From Octopus sinensis (Eukaryota), in the NCBI RefSeq assembly GCF_006345805.1, contig NC_043005.1, forward strand, positions 37,882,001 to 37,946,000: a DNA stretch of 64,000 bases, given 5' to 3'. The first letter of the stretch is position 1. Each line of letters starts with the position of its first letter. The notes below the pieces were generated by a model that did no database searches, was not told where the DNA came from, and saw only the letters and a program-made list of their open reading frames with translations. The translations under genes and the position numbers were made by a program. Shown here piece by piece: positions 39,913 through 53,757 of this stretch.

Positions 39913-40099
39913 GGCACAGGAGTGGCTGTGTGGTAAGTAGCTTGCTTACGAACCACATTGTTCTGGGTTCATTCCCACTGCACGGCACCTTGGGCAAGTG
40001 TCTTCTACTATAGCCTCGGGCCGACCAATGCCTTGTGAGTGGATTTGGTAGATGGAAACTGAAAGAAGCCTGTCTTATATAGGTGTGTGTATATATATA

Positions 40100-40134
<35 letters not shown>

Positions 40135-40340
40135 TTGTGTGTCTGTTTGTCCCAGTAACATCGCTTGACAACTGATGGTGGTGATACTTCCCTGTAAATT
40201 AGCGGTTCAGCAAAAGAGACCGATGAAATAAGTACTAGGCTTCCAAAGAATAAGTCCTGGGGTCGATTTGCTCGACTAAAGGTGGTGCTCCAGCATGACC
40301 ACAGTCAAATGACTGAAACAAGTAAAAGGGTAAAAAGAGA
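39913..40340 (+). mobile_element. Full-length family A SINE
   Basis: Collinear with 32095-32491. Confidence 0.88.
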
Positions 40341-41691
40341 GAGTAAAGATTTGAAAGAGATTTAGCGACTATTTCTAGTGGTCTGGTCAAGCACATATAT
40401 ATCATTGTTCTTCCTTCATTGTCAAAGATGACCAATCTATAATAATTAACCTACTCATGCAGCTAAACACCTCCATGACCTTCCACAAGACCATCCCTGC
40501 TAACTGTATTGAAAGTCTTCATCAAGTTGACATTATTTCACACTCCTACTCTTAGTCTTTTTCCTGGAGTTGTGTCTAGCATTTTGTATACATAAATGAT
40601 AATGTCCTTCTGTGTATTTAATAGTTCTACAGCCTTCTATGTGATCTCAATGGTTTATATATGTTTATATAAATACCTTAATGTCTTCACAAGAGTTACC
40701 TTCCTTTGTGTTAAACTGCAGCATTTAATGCGAGGTGTTAAGTTAACTTTATCGTGATTAGGATTATGTATCATCATTGTCATCATCACTATCATCATCA
40801 GCATTGTCTGTCATCACCACCATCAGCAGTAGTAGCAGCAGCAGTATTGCCTATCATTATCTCTATGATCTGCCATAATCACACACCCAATCATCATCAT
40901 CAGTAGCAGCAGCATCTACCATCATTATCATTATCATCATTTATCTGCAGTATCGTTCACCTTTTCGTCCTAAGCATAAATATCATCATTATTATCAAAG
41001 CAGCAGAAGCCTGGCAGAATCGTTTGAATGCCAGGCAAAATGCTTAGTGGAATTTAACAAATCCCTCTGTTCTAAGTTCAAATTCTACAGAGGGCAACTT
41101 TACTTTCATCCTTTCAGGACCAATAAATTAACTACCAGTTGAATACTGGGGTATATGTGATCGACTTATCTCCTCCCCTAAAATTTCAGAATTTATGCCA
41201 GGACTTGGAACCATTATTATTAGGCACAGGGGTGGCTATGTGGTAAGCAGCTTGTTTCCCAACCACATGGTTCCAGGTTCAGTCCTGCTGCATGGCATCT
41301 TGGGTAAGTGTCTTCTGCTATAGCCTCGGGCTCACCAAAGCCTTGTGACTAGATTTGGTAGGTGGAAACTGAAAGAAGCTCGTCATATATGTGTGTGTGG
41401 GGGGAGGGGAGTGGTTAGCACATTGGATGAAATGCTTAGCGGTATTTCACCTGTTGCTACATTCTGAGTTTAAATTCCGTCAAGTTGACTTTGCTTTTCA
41501 TTTTTTCAGGGTCAATAAATTAAGTACCAGTGACACACTGGGATCGATGTAATCAACTAGTCCCCTCCACCAAAATTTCAGGCCTTGTACCTTTAGTAGA
41601 AAGGGTTATTATTATTTTTTTTTTCTTTCTTTCTTCAAATTTTCTTCCATTTCTCGCCGAGTGATTTCTGTACACCTAGGGCAGAGAATGC

Positions 41692-41744
<53 letters not shown>

Positions 41745-41746
<2 letters not shown>

Positions 41747-42110
41747 TAGTCTTATTTTTATCATGTGCTTTTACTGTACTGTCCAGCACAGAACTGTGTG
41801 TTTTGGGTATGTGCTATAGTTTGTTGTGGTGCTCTTATTTTCATTGTATTGAAAGTGCTTTATGTAGGATGTGTGTGGTGCCTAGTAGTGCTACTTTCCG
41901 TATGCTATATACATTCATAAGTTCTGGCATATTTGTCTGAATGTTTCTTTACCATACCTAATGCACCTATTATTATAGGGATTGTTTCTGCTTTTAGGCC
42001 ACACATTCGGGTTACCTCTATTTCCAGATCTTTGCATTTTGAGACTTTTTCGATTTCTTTTAGAGGTACATTGTCATCTGTTGGCATTGATACATTGATT
42101 AGAAGGCATT
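41745..42110 (-). mobile_element. Dong-like (R4 clade) 3' end inserted in a (TAA)n tract
   Basis: ORF 41905-42087: MPTDDNVPLKEIEKVSKCKDLEIEVTRMCGLKAETIPIIIGALGMVKKHSDKY, then KVALLGTTHIL and a 3' UTR ending ACTACTGAATAATAAT. Confidence 0.85.
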
Positions 42111-42290
42111 TTTTTTCTTGATGATTATTTGTTATATCGCACGTTCGGATGACCTCCGCTCAACTCTCTACATCTACACTTTTCCCTCTATATCTACACA
42201 TTGGGCTAGCCTACTTCATTGTCTGGGGGCGTTGACACAACATTATTATCATCATCATCATAATTATTATTATTATTTTTATTATTATTA

Positions 42291-42345
<55 letters not shown>

Positions 42346-43991
42346 TTAACCAGTATTATCATACCTTTCCTCTTCCTTCACTGTCTACTTGGCCACACCA
42401 GCATGCACATAGTCACTGTGACCATTATTATATCATTTCTTCAATTTTCACTTTTCTCTAAGATTTATTGCTGCTTCTTTTAGCAATTTACGAGTGACCA
42501 CCATTTATAAATGTGTCGCTGTGATTATCTTATTCAGAAACCATTTTCCCTGCTCCATTGTCATTTATATTCACAAAGTGCTTGATTGTAATGTATGGAA
42601 CCTTTGTCATTTACTGATGCCAATTGTGTCTGCGGCTGAAATGTGAGAATTCAGATGGTTGAATGTTGGGTAATGACTGAAAGAATACGGTTGTGGATAG
42701 AAAGAGCTGAAATGGGGGTTTCTCCGAAGGAACTCGGGTGTAACATTATTTGACTGGGTGCATGAAGTAGGAATCAGGGGGGTCTCCGAAGGTTGAACTA
42801 CTACTTCTCCACATTGTGGAGTCACCGCTCCAGTACTACAAACATGTGATTAAAATGCCACAGGAAATAATCACAAGAGGGATTCTTTAAATGGTGCCAA
42901 TGGGCAGGAGATCTAGAGGTAGACCAAGAACAAAATGGTTAGATAATATTCATAGTCTCAGTTGCTAACACTTAGGAATCCAACCACATAGACTAATGAT
43001 GGTTATGCGGAACTACGTGGTTTAGTGGTTAGGGTGCTGCATGCATGATTGTAAGATTGTGGTTTCGATTCCTAGATCAGATGACACATCATATTCTTGA
43101 ACAAAACACTTCATTTCATGTTGCTCCAATCCATTCAGCTGGCAGAAATGAGTAATCCTGCGATGGACTGGTGTCCTGTTCAGGTGGGGATACATACACC
43201 ATGAAACTAAGAAACTGGCCCTTATGAGTTGATATGACTTGAGAATGTAACCTTATCTTTACTTTAATGATGGATGCTTCTGGTAGGACCATATGATAGA
43301 GGTTCCTGTGGACTCTATCCTTATGTCATTGAATTGTTGAATTCCTGGAAATCATGCTGCTATGTGAAGTATTGTCACATGAGACCTCCTTTACAATTGA
43401 CTTTCATAGAAGTCAAAGAGAAAAGTCAGTGGAAAGATCAGAATGGCCTGCCAGCAACAATATATTTTCTTTGATCTCTTTGGTTATTTTCTTTCTCTTA
43501 TTTGAAAAGGGGAATCTTTCCCAAAATATAGGACCATTTAACAATCTATGTAGGCAATACAATATCCTTCCTCATTGTTTACATATATTGCAAAATATTG
43601 AGCAAATTACAATGGAAGGAATCTCCATGTGATCACAAACCCATTCATATGACACAAAGTCGCTTTTCTACAACTAGATTATACACACACATATAAATTA
43701 TAATAATCAAGGATAAAATCTATATAGGATTTTATCAGGTATCTAGCATGTAAAACATTTTGGGTATAAATTAATGTAGAGTATATAATTTTTATAAAAA
43801 ACTATAAGGACAAATTACATGGTAGTGACACATGCTAGAAGAAGATGTCAAATGATTCAAAACCTACTTTATTTCTCATATAGAAACAGGCTGAAAGCAA
43901 GGAAAATTAGCAAAGAACATTTTTTAAGGTAGTTTAACTATAGATCAATTGATGTCCAGTTCTGTATAATATGTGTGTATGTATGTATGTA

Positions 43992-44038
<47 letters not shown>

Positions 44039-44110
44039 TATGTACACACACACATGCACACATACACACACACACACACACCACACACACACACACATAT
44101 ATATATATAC

Positions 44111-44141
<31 letters not shown>

Positions 44142-44475
44142 TATGGCTTTGACTGCCCTAAGTTGAATGAATATCCTTGATAAGAACAACCAAATAAGAA
44201 TAATCATCTCCTATGGCTGAAGGATACAATAACAGAAATGCTGAAACTACAAGGATAAAAAAGAAAATGGGTGCATATTTTTTGTATACATTCCAGCTTT
44301 GAGAACCACGTTTGATTTCTGGAGAATTTACTTCCTAGTGAAGAACTGCTTAATTCATTTGGTGATGTACAATTGGATTTTATTGGGTTGAACTGTCAGA
44401 CAGATAATATTTTCTTTGTAATATTAACTAACATATTTTTAATGGAATAACATGAAAATCTAACTTGATATTATA

Positions 44476-45355
44476 CAGAGAGTGATGAATAAACTATCGT
44501 CTAAATTGTGCAAAAATGAAAATAACAATGACATCTCATTTTAACAGATATTTTTACCAAAATTACATAAAAATGTCTTGAAATACTAAAGAGTAAATTT
44601 ATTCAATAAAATCGCTTCAATCACGGCCTCCAGATGACTTTGGAATTTCCTACAACTCTTCTGGATGGTCTCCTTGTTTAAGTTGGTGAATGCTACTATA
44701 ATCCTTACCTTCAGTTCATCTTTGGTGTTACAAGGAAGTTTGTTTGTCTCTTGCTCAACTGCTCCCCACACATAATAATCAAGGGGGTTGCAGTCTGGGG
44801 AGTTAGGTGATCAGATGTTAGGGGTGATTCGGTCGCAGAAATTGTTTGACAGCCATGACTGGGTTCTCCTGCTTGTGTCACATGATGCAGAGTCATGTCG
44901 CTCAACATAGGATCTTCCAGCAGCCACCCTCTTGACCCAGGGCAGCACTACCTCCTCCAGGTACTTGATGTACGTCTCTGTGTTGAGTCTAAGTCCATGT
45001 GGGAAGATGAATGGAGACATAATGTCGCCATCACTTGTGATCACTCCAAACACCAGGATATTTATTGGATGTTTGATTTTTATCACTCTCGGTACATGTC
45101 CTCAGATTGCACTTTCCTCAGATTGACACCTAAATACACTGAAATATATGTACTGGAGCTTCTGCAATTAATTCCAAGCAGTATAGTGTGTCGTTTCTAA
45201 GTTTCTGGCAGAGTGAATTGCATCATGGTGCTGTTTTTCTCAAAGATGGTGCCCAACTGACTCTACTATACTGTGTAGTCAATAATATCAAAGACAAACC
45301 ATACACACGTGCAAAACTGAAAATATGAAATATGACAATTTGCCATCACATTCTG
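44476..45355 (-). mobile_element. Internally deleted, decayed Tc1/mariner element of the DD37D (maT) type
   Basis: Minus strand reads KHPINILVFGVITSDGD...YVERHDSASCDTSRRTQSWLSNNFCDRITPNI*SPNSPDCNPLDYYVWGAVE, with 37 residues between the 2nd and 3rd catalytic Asp. Degenerate TIRs CAGAGAGTGATGAATAAACTATCG / CAGAATGTGATGGCAAATTGTCAT are each flanked by TA. An N-terminal remnant is fused directly to the catalytic domain. Confidence 0.88.
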
Positions 45356-45415
45356 TATATATGCACGTGTGTGTGTATAAATATATGTATATGTATATAA
45401 ACGTGTGTATATTAT

Positions 45416-45462
<47 letters not shown>

Positions 45463-45494
45463 GTGTGTGTATATATATATATATATACAGACCG

Positions 45495-45710
45495 CCATGT
45501 TGAATCGTTAGCTCCTGCACTCATTTTTTTCTCTCCGTGTTTCTCTCCGTGTTTCTTTTCTGTGTATCTTTCTGTTGAAGAGCGTAGGCTCGAAACATAA
45601 AAGACTTGTTTTACTTCTATTCCTGAGCGCCATACTAATACAATTGTTTGTTTGTACTCCACCTGCCTTTGTCTTTTATTTATTTTCAAAAAGCTTCGTG
45701 TTATATATAT
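45495..45710 (+). mobile_element. PLE pseudo-LTR remnant with decayed minimal hammerhead (45567-45604)
   Basis: UCUUU CUGUUGA A GAGC guag GCUC GAA ACAU A AAAGA. Stem I and II are intact. Stem III ACAU is ACGU after CpG decay. Core position 6 is U rather than A. Confidence 0.62.
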
Positions 45711-45737
45711 ATACATATATGTACATGTGTGTGTGTG

Positions 45738-45775
<38 letters not shown>

Positions 45776-45781
45776 TGTACG

Positions 45782-45843
<62 letters not shown>

Positions 45844-45852
45844 TATATATAC

Positions 45853-46283
45853 AAGAGTGGCAGTGTGGTAAGAAGCTTTCTTCCCATCCACATGGTTCTG
45901 GGTTCAGTTCCACTGCATAGCATGCTTCCCAACCACATGGTTTCAGGTTCAGTCCTACTGCGTAGCACCTTGGGCAAGTATCTTCTACTATAGCCTCGTG
46001 CTCACCAAAGCCTTGTGAGTGGATTTGGTAGATGGAAACTGAATGAAGCCCATTGTATATATATATGTATATATTTGTGTGTCTGTGTTTGTCCCCACCA
46101 TCATCACTTGATAACTGATGTTGGTGTGTTTACATCCCCGTAACTTAGCAGTTCAGCAAAAGAGACCTATAGGATAAGTACTAGGCTTACAAAGAATATG
46201 TCCTGGGGTTGACATGTTCGACTAAAGGCGATGCTCCAGCATGGCCACAATCAAATATCTGAAACATAAAAAAGAATAAGAGA
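45853..46283 (+). mobile_element. Family A SINE with a duplicated B-box segment; partial copies at about 1425-1665(-), 11450-11570(+), 25230-25390(-), 32520-32680(-), 34650-34860(-), 35520-35770, 37075-37480(+), 41223-41385(+), 51075-51225(+), 51660-51990(-), 52800-52940(-) and 55150-55300(-)
   Basis: Same blocks as the full-length copies. CTTCCCA(T/A)CCACATGGTT..GGTTCAGT occurs twice in tandem at about 45880-45960. Confidence 0.8.
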
Positions 46284-46729
46284 ATACATATATAGAAATA
46301 AATATACATATATATACACTCACTTATATAGTAGATACTTATAATAGTAAATACAGATCAAAGCTGGCTGAAGCAAATTGTTGTATGCAAATGGTTCTAT
46401 AGACCTTGCTAAGCAGGTGGAACATTTTACCTGATACTTGAGTAAGGAAGGTTACTTAGTGCATGTTCCTTTGGTGTCCTTGTCCTCTAATGAAACTATT
46501 GATTCTCTGAGTCTGCAGCTGCTTTTCTCTTTTCTCTGAGTTGCATGAAGCATGGAATTTTTTTGATCTTTATCATCAATACACTCTTCTGAGACAAAGA
46601 ATAGGAAGAGGTGGGCACGAGAGAAAGGAGTGATTTTGATAGTTTACCAGAAGAATATTAAAGCTTAAGGAAGAGATTTGAAAACGAAACTACATTTCTT
46701 GTGGGGTTTTTTTTAATCTTAATACTTTG

Positions 46730-47770
46730 ATCATGTTATCATTATCATTGCCATCATTGTTATATCATTGTCATATCATCACCCTTACCACCACCATTAT
46801 CAGTTATCATTATCATAACCATCATCCATCATCATCATCATTGTCATCGTACTCATCATCACCATAAATGACAGAGGTCCATGTATCTGTAGATAATCCT
46901 TATCCATACAATTTACCTATTTATATTTGTTATCCAAATATAAATGTTATTGTTTATCCTGTCTGTTGTCAGAATTATACTTATTATTATTATTGTTGTT
47001 ATCTCATCATCTTCATCATCATCTTCATCACATCACCATTTTCTTTTATCTTTAATCCACATCATTATCAGGACTAGTTATTTTTATCTTTCCTTCATAA
47101 TTGCTATCAGCACCATTTCATTCTCATCATTGGCATCATCTTCCTCATTGTTGTTATCATTATTAATTATCTCATCATTCTTATCATCTGTCTCTGTATT
47201 AATTAACTCCTTACATCATCAAAATGGTCATTCAAAATGTTCGTCTTTGTATCGTTCTTTGATCCCTGCTGCCAACTCCATTCCCTCACCAATATCTGAT
47301 TGTTATCATCTTTGTCATCATCACCACCAGTATTATCATCGAGGTCATCGTCATTGCTGTCATCATCACTATCGTTGTTGTCTTCATCATTAATATCATA
47401 GCAAACATCCACATCGTCATCATCACAGCCATCCACCAACACCAGCATCACTCAGCATCACTGCCACTACCACCACCACCACCACTGCCATCATCATAAT
47501 CATTGGCCTCACCATTTTTGTGGTCCTCGTTTCTTTCATTGTTGTCATCATCATCATCATCATCGTCATCATCATCATTGTCATCATCCTCATCATCATC
47601 ATCATCACAACCATACACCAACACCAACATCCCTCAGCATCACTGCCACTGCCACCACCACCACCACCACCATCATAATCATTGACATTGCCATTGTTGT
47701 GGTCATCGTTTCTTTCATTGTCGTCATCATCATCATCATCATCATCACCATCTTCATCACCACCTTTGTC
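46730..47770. repeat. (CAT/CAC)n-rich low-complexity region containing a ~185-bp diverged duplication
   Basis: CATCATCACA.CCAT.CACCAACACCA.CATC.CTCAGCATCACTGCCAC...GTGGTC.TCGTTTCTTTCATTGT occurs at about 47420 and 47603. Confidence 0.85.
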
Positions 47771-47962
47771 TAATTCCCATCATGTTTTACATGTACACAG
47801 CTGTCTGTCTCTCCATGCCATGTGTCTTAGACAATCCATCTCCTGCCACTGCCACCCACTTCAATTTGCTCTCAACTGATATCTCTAGGTGAGGGTTTAC
47901 AACTCTGACAATTTACTTTTCCACTTGCTCCTTCTGCCTTTATCATGTATTGTTTAAAATAA

Positions 47963-47994
<32 letters not shown>

Positions 47995-48230
47995 AATTAT
48001 TGTATACAGTGCTCAGGTGCACCACAACTTGTCAGAAAGTGCATATAAAGTACATGCAGTAATGTAGAAATGTCTGGAAAGTGAACATGCTTGTGTGTGT
48101 ATGGAGGGGAGAAAATCAAGTGTAGTGTTGGCGAATCTCAGGAAGCATGGAAGTCTTGAAGGATGCAGTGCTCCGACAACTAACAACCGATGCCGGCAGT
48201 TTGTTCCACGCTTCAGCAACTCTCAGCGTG
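47995..48230 (-). mobile_element. CR1-clade LINE 3' end
   Basis: Minus strand TLRVAEAWNKLPASVVSCRSTASFKTSMLPEIRQHYT*, then a short 3' UTR and an (ATT)n tail. Confidence 0.75.
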
Positions 48231-48265
48231 TGCTTGTTCATTAGAACCTGCTACAAGTACACCAT

Positions 48266-48299
<34 letters not shown>

Positions 48300-48559
48300 G
48301 TTGTCGTCTTGTTGTTGTTGTCATCTCTTCTACCATCACTGTTTATATTGCTTTTAGCTGCTACAATTTACTTATCGTTATTGCCCTTTTTAATCACTCC
48401 AATCCACAACTTCATCAGCATTAAAGATCTCTCTTCCAACACTTCCACCTTATTTGTTCCAGCCTCATCAGTACCGTACTAATTAGTAATACAAACACTA
48501 CACCAAATGCTATGAACCATCATTGTATCAACCACATCAACTTGCTTTTTCTGTCTTCT

Positions 48560-48950
48560 TTCAATCTATTCCGCTTCCTCTCCTTCTTTCTTTCTTTGCT
48601 TCCTTCCTTTTTCCTTCTTTCTTTCCTTCTTCCTTTCTTTCCTTCTTTCTTTCTTTCTTTCTTTCTTTCCTTCTTTCTTCCTTTCTTTCCCGTTTTCTTC
48701 CTTTCCTTCCTCTTTTCTTCCTTTTTTCTTTCTTTCCGTCTTTCTTCTTTTCCTTCTTTCTTTCTTCCTTTCTTTCTTTTTTCCTTTCCTTCTTTCTTCT
48801 TTTTTCCCTTTTTCTTTCTTTCTTTCTTTTCTCCCTTCTTTCCTTTCTTTCTTTCTTTCTTTCCTTCCTTCCTTCTTTCCTTCCTTCCTTTCTTATTTAT
48901 TTATTCCTTCCTTCCTTTCTTTCTTCCTTTTTTCTTTCTACTACTTTTTC
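48560..48950. repeat. ~390-bp polypyrimidine (CTTT/CCTT) tract
   Basis: Almost exclusively C/T on the + strand. The F/S/L-rich ORFs here are artefacts. Confidence 0.95.
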
Positions 48951-51900
48951 AGAGAAACCTCTGCAATAATTGTTTGTCCTAAACAGATTGTTGTATTTCC
49001 ATTTCCACTGCTCCCTATGTAAACAGGCTTCACACCATTTTTCTCTTTCAAACCTTCAAAGTCAACAAAAAAGTTATCAGAAAAGACATTGCTGAAAGCC
49101 AAGTTATCGTCCTTCATATCAGTATTTGACATGGAAAAATCAAGTGCGATGGCCTTATATAGGCTGTACTTATCTTGCATCTCCTAGATGAAAAGTTTCT
49201 TATCAAACAGATCTATCAAACCGATTTCTCTTTAATTCTATTCCCCCAATTCTAGAGTAAATCTGTGTTTTTTTATTTTATTTTAATGCCTTCTGCAATC
49301 TCTATTTTGACATCATCATCATCCTCCTCCTCATCATCATCATCCTCCTCCTCATCATCATCATCCCCACCACCATTGCCACCATCACCACCATCATTAC
49401 CATCACCACCACCACCACCCTTGTCATCATTATCATCATCATCATCGATCCATTGACCTAACTATTTCAAATCCTTAGACCCATAAAGCTGGTTACCCAG
49501 TTTCCTTGGCATATAAGTAACCAAGATCACAGTATTTCCCCTGAATGTAACACCAGTCCATTGCATGGTTACACAATTACAATTGAAGGGACTGGAGCAA
49601 TATGAAATGAAGAGGTTTTCTCCAAGGACACAACACAGTGTCTGATCTGTGAATTGAAACCACAAACTTATAACACTTGGGTGGAGGGGACTTGTTATTT
49701 ATGTTGTTTTTCCAACATTAGGCTTATAAAGATGTCTGTTTTACTGCATTTAGCAACTCTGTATCTGCTGGCATCATAAGAAACACTCAATAGAACATTT
49801 GTCTAAGACATCATGCTAAACACTCAACTTCATATTTCTTCACCAGAATGAACTTCTGCAGAACTAATTCTTCCTATTTGTCTTCCTTCTGTAACAACTC
49901 ACCTTCAAACATTTACTGAACCAGCCAAACTAAATTATCCTAATCTCCAATTCTAGATGATCCTACAAGGATTATGGACAATTTCCCCCTCTTCCATAAA
50001 GTAATCAAATATGGAATTTTGAAGATAATTCAACTTACCATAAATCCTCATCTTACTATATTTGGCCTTGTCAAAAGAAATTATTTATTTTGGCAGAAAG
50101 CAACACAATACTCTTTCTGTTAATTTTCAATACCAAAGCGCGAGCCCTGCATATGGCTTGTAAATGCAAAATGGCTTGCAAATGTAAGAAATATGTAATC
50201 TAATTCAAGATTGGCTGTCATTATTGCTTTACATCAATTTTCCTAATACAGTTGTTGGTGAGATGCCTTTTGTTGGAGCTGTTGTATTTTTAACAGAATA
50301 CTGTTGCTACTCTAAACCATTATCATGAACCATATAGTTCCTATTCTATTTGGGAATAAATCACCTTCTCGTAAATATTCTATTAATAAACTGAATTGAA
50401 TTGAACCACAGATCTTCCATTCTTTGCTGTTGGATGAGGTCTAGGTATATTTCTGTCAAAGACTGCTTGTTTTATTCTGTTTTATTCTCTCCCCCATCTC
50501 CCACCACCACCCCGGTCACACGTTGAACTATAACATCTCTGCTGTTAGATCCATATCTATCTCTGCCAAGTGTAAAGTTACAGTTTATACATCAATCTTC
50601 TCCTTTTTGAAATATTTTCTACTTAACATAAGACCCAGACCTGGGTATCAAAACTACTTAAACCCTACAATAAGCTGGAGCATTTAACAGAGACCAATTT
50701 CAACAAAACTATAACAGATCTGATGTTTGTTGGTGTTATCCCAGTTCAGGCCTAACTGACCAGGTCTATGATCAAAAACATTCCACTTTCGACCACCCAA
50801 AAATATTTTTCAAGCTTAGTATATTTAAAGTGGGAAATTAGCAGAGTTGTTAGAAAGTTGGATAGGATACCTTATAATATTTGTGCTGATTCTCAATACT
50901 CAAAGTTAAAATTTCACATCAATCACCTTTGCCTTTCATTCTTTTTTATGATTTATGATAAAAAAGGATCAATCCAGGGCAGTGGATCATTGGAATTATC
51001 AGAACATGAGAAGGAACAATCTGTGATATCTGGTCTATGCATTCAGAGTTTAAATCCTGCTCTGTCACTAACAGACATGGCTGAGTGGTTAAGAAGTTTG
51101 TTTCCCAACCATATGGTCCTGGGTTCAGTCCCGCTGAGTGGTAACTTGAGCAAGTATTTTCTACTATAGCTTCAGGCTGACCTAAAACTTGTGAATGAAT
51201 TTGGCAGACAGAAACTGAAAGTGCCCATGCCTTCATACCTAAATGAATATGGGATTGCACCTAGAAAGTTACCCTTCAAAGTAAAAGTCTGGGCAAGGTT
51301 ATTTATGTAAGACCAGCAGTTGCCCATGCATACCAGCCTTCCCTCTCCATGCTACTGATGTTATCCGGGGGGTGGGGGGAAATGCCAATACAGCTTGGCA
51401 TCAGTGACTTCGTAACTCATTTCTACAGCTGAGTGAACTGGAGCAACATGAAATAAAGTGTCTTGCTCAAGAACACAACACAGAACCTGGTCTAAGAATT
51501 GAACTGACTACCTCATCATTATGAGCCCAACACCGAACCACCTGCGCATGCACTTTCATCCTTCATACAATTTTTAGGGAAATTTTTTTTTTCTTTTTGG
51601 TTGCCCTCATATTTAGCAACAACAACAAAAATAAAAACTCCCTGAAAATTAATAGGCCTTTATTTTGTGTTTTTTAGTTGTTCCAGTTATCAAACTGTGG
51701 CCATGCTGGGACATCACCTTGAAAAACTGTAGTCAAAACAAATTGATTCCAGTATATACTATTTTAAGTCTACTGTTTATTCAGTTCCTCTTTTGCTAAA
51801 CCAATAAATATGTAAATAAACACATGTCAAACATTTAGGGAACACACACATACATATACATGCTACAGACTCCGACACGGTTCCCATCAACCAAATTTAC

Positions 51901-52139
51901 TTACAAGGCATTGGTCAGCTATAGTAAAAGACACTAGTTCAAGGTGCCACACAGTGGGACTCAACTTGAAACCAAATAATTACAAAGTAACCACAGAGCC
52001 ATATTAATTGAACTTCATTTTTTAAATCTTGATTACAGTGGTTTCTTGTTTTTCTTTTATTTTCAAAATTCTTTACAAAAACTGATCCTAAACTCACCAA
52101 TATATCTGTAATTTCCCTTATCTTTTTTTTTACTTACAG

Positions 52140-52313
52140 TTAAAAATTGCGGATTCCCCGGAGAACTGGTGAATGGTAGACGTGAGGGTAACAGGTTTAG
52201 GTTTCCAGGCAAGGTGACCTACCATTGCAATGAAGGGTACGAGCTACATGGTCAGCCAGTAAGAGAATGCCAGGCCGATGGTGTTTGGTCGGGATCGTTA
52301 CCAGTTTGTAAAC
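52140..52313 (+). CDS. Internal coding exon encoding one complete sushi/CCP (SCR) domain of a multi-exon host gene
   Basis: Polypyrimidine tract then tacttacAG (52138-52139) and donor GTGAGT at 52314. Length 174 nt, phase 1-1. Translation KNCGFPGELVNGRREGNRFRFPGKVTYHCNEGYELHGQPVRECQADGVWSGSLPVCK has the four sushi Cys plus the C-x-x-G-Y, G-x-W-S and P-x-C motifs. Confidence 0.95.
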
Positions 52314-53757
52314 GTGAGTATTTGAGTATTTGTTTTCTCTTTCTAAATTATATGCTTGAATGTGTGTGTATATGTATGTGTGTGTGTGTGTATGTGTATT
52401 GAAAACATAATAATAAGTAGACATGCATATATTCTATTATTTATAATGTACAGGTAAATCTCTTTCTTTCTCTCATCTCTCTCTCTCTCTCTCCCCATAT
52501 ATTACATAACGGTTACAAGGGACCAAGACTTCGAGCAATTTGCTTTACTTAAGAAGACACATCAAACTAAGTAAAATTGTGGCCATTCATACATACAGGC
52601 ATGTCCTCTATGGCCATACCCTGCCACTCGCTCTGCCAGCCAAGCTATATTTGTCTTGTGGGTGTTTGCGCCACATAAAGGGGTACGCATGCAAGTGCAC
52701 TCAAACAAGTGCAACACAAATTGCACTCATACTAGTGCCACATAGAATGCACTCGTGGCAATGCCTCATAAAGAGCATGCATGTTTATAACTACTTGAAC
52801 TGGTGTGGGTTTATTTGTCTCCCAGCAACCTAGTGGTTTGGCAAAAGCGATCAACAGAATAAATACATGAGTTGAAATAAGTGCTTGGACCAATTTATTC
52901 AACTAAACCCTTCAAGATAGAGCCCCAACATAGCCACAGTCCAAAGCATGAGCAATTAAATATATATACACACACGCACGGGAAAATGTGTGTGTATGTG
53001 TGTGCATGTGTGAGAGGGAGAGAGTGTGGGAAAGCATGTGTGTGTGGAAAAGGCAGTGAATTGGAAATGTCAAAAGGTTGAAAAGAAAGCGAGAAATGAA
53101 TCAAAAGGGAATATAATGTGAAGTGGTGTGGAGTGAAAGTGGGGTAATTGATGAACAAATTAAACATATTTACAATATTCAAATATTAAAATCATAGCAA
53201 ATTAGTGCTATTGAAATCTACTGAAAAACCCTAATTGATTAAACAAACCAGAGTACCTTTTTGCATTGTATATGAAATGAAGTGGTACAGAAGGTGTAGG
53301 TTGAAGGGATAGGGTCTAACATTAAGAAGATATTGATCTTAAATAGCACCCCAACCACCTGAGTAAACTATGGCATCTATTTAGAACCATATGTAAAATG
53401 GAGGTTTGTATGCAAATGTACTAATTAGCTAATAGTTGAGGACATAGAGGTTACCGGTTGTTAGATTTTCATTCAGAATAAACCATAAAATCCATCTTTA
53501 GTTATCTGCAAACCGAGTGTAAATAAGGAAGAGGACTAATTACCTAAGTGGAGAGAACTTAAGCAAGCAGTGTCACCACTTTGAATAATGTTTGTTTGGA
53601 GTAAACCCATTCTTGATGTCAGTTGATCAATACTGGTATAGAAACATGTTGATTCTTGGTTATCATCATCATCATCATCATTTCGTGTTCATTCTTCCAA
53701 GCTTGTATGAGTCATACAGAATTTGCTGAGGCAGATTTTCTACATGTGGATACCATT

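Noticed and set aside
3550-51230. tRNA-like A/B-box sequences
   Set aside because: All are SINE heads; none folds into a complete cloverleaf, so no tRNA gene is called.
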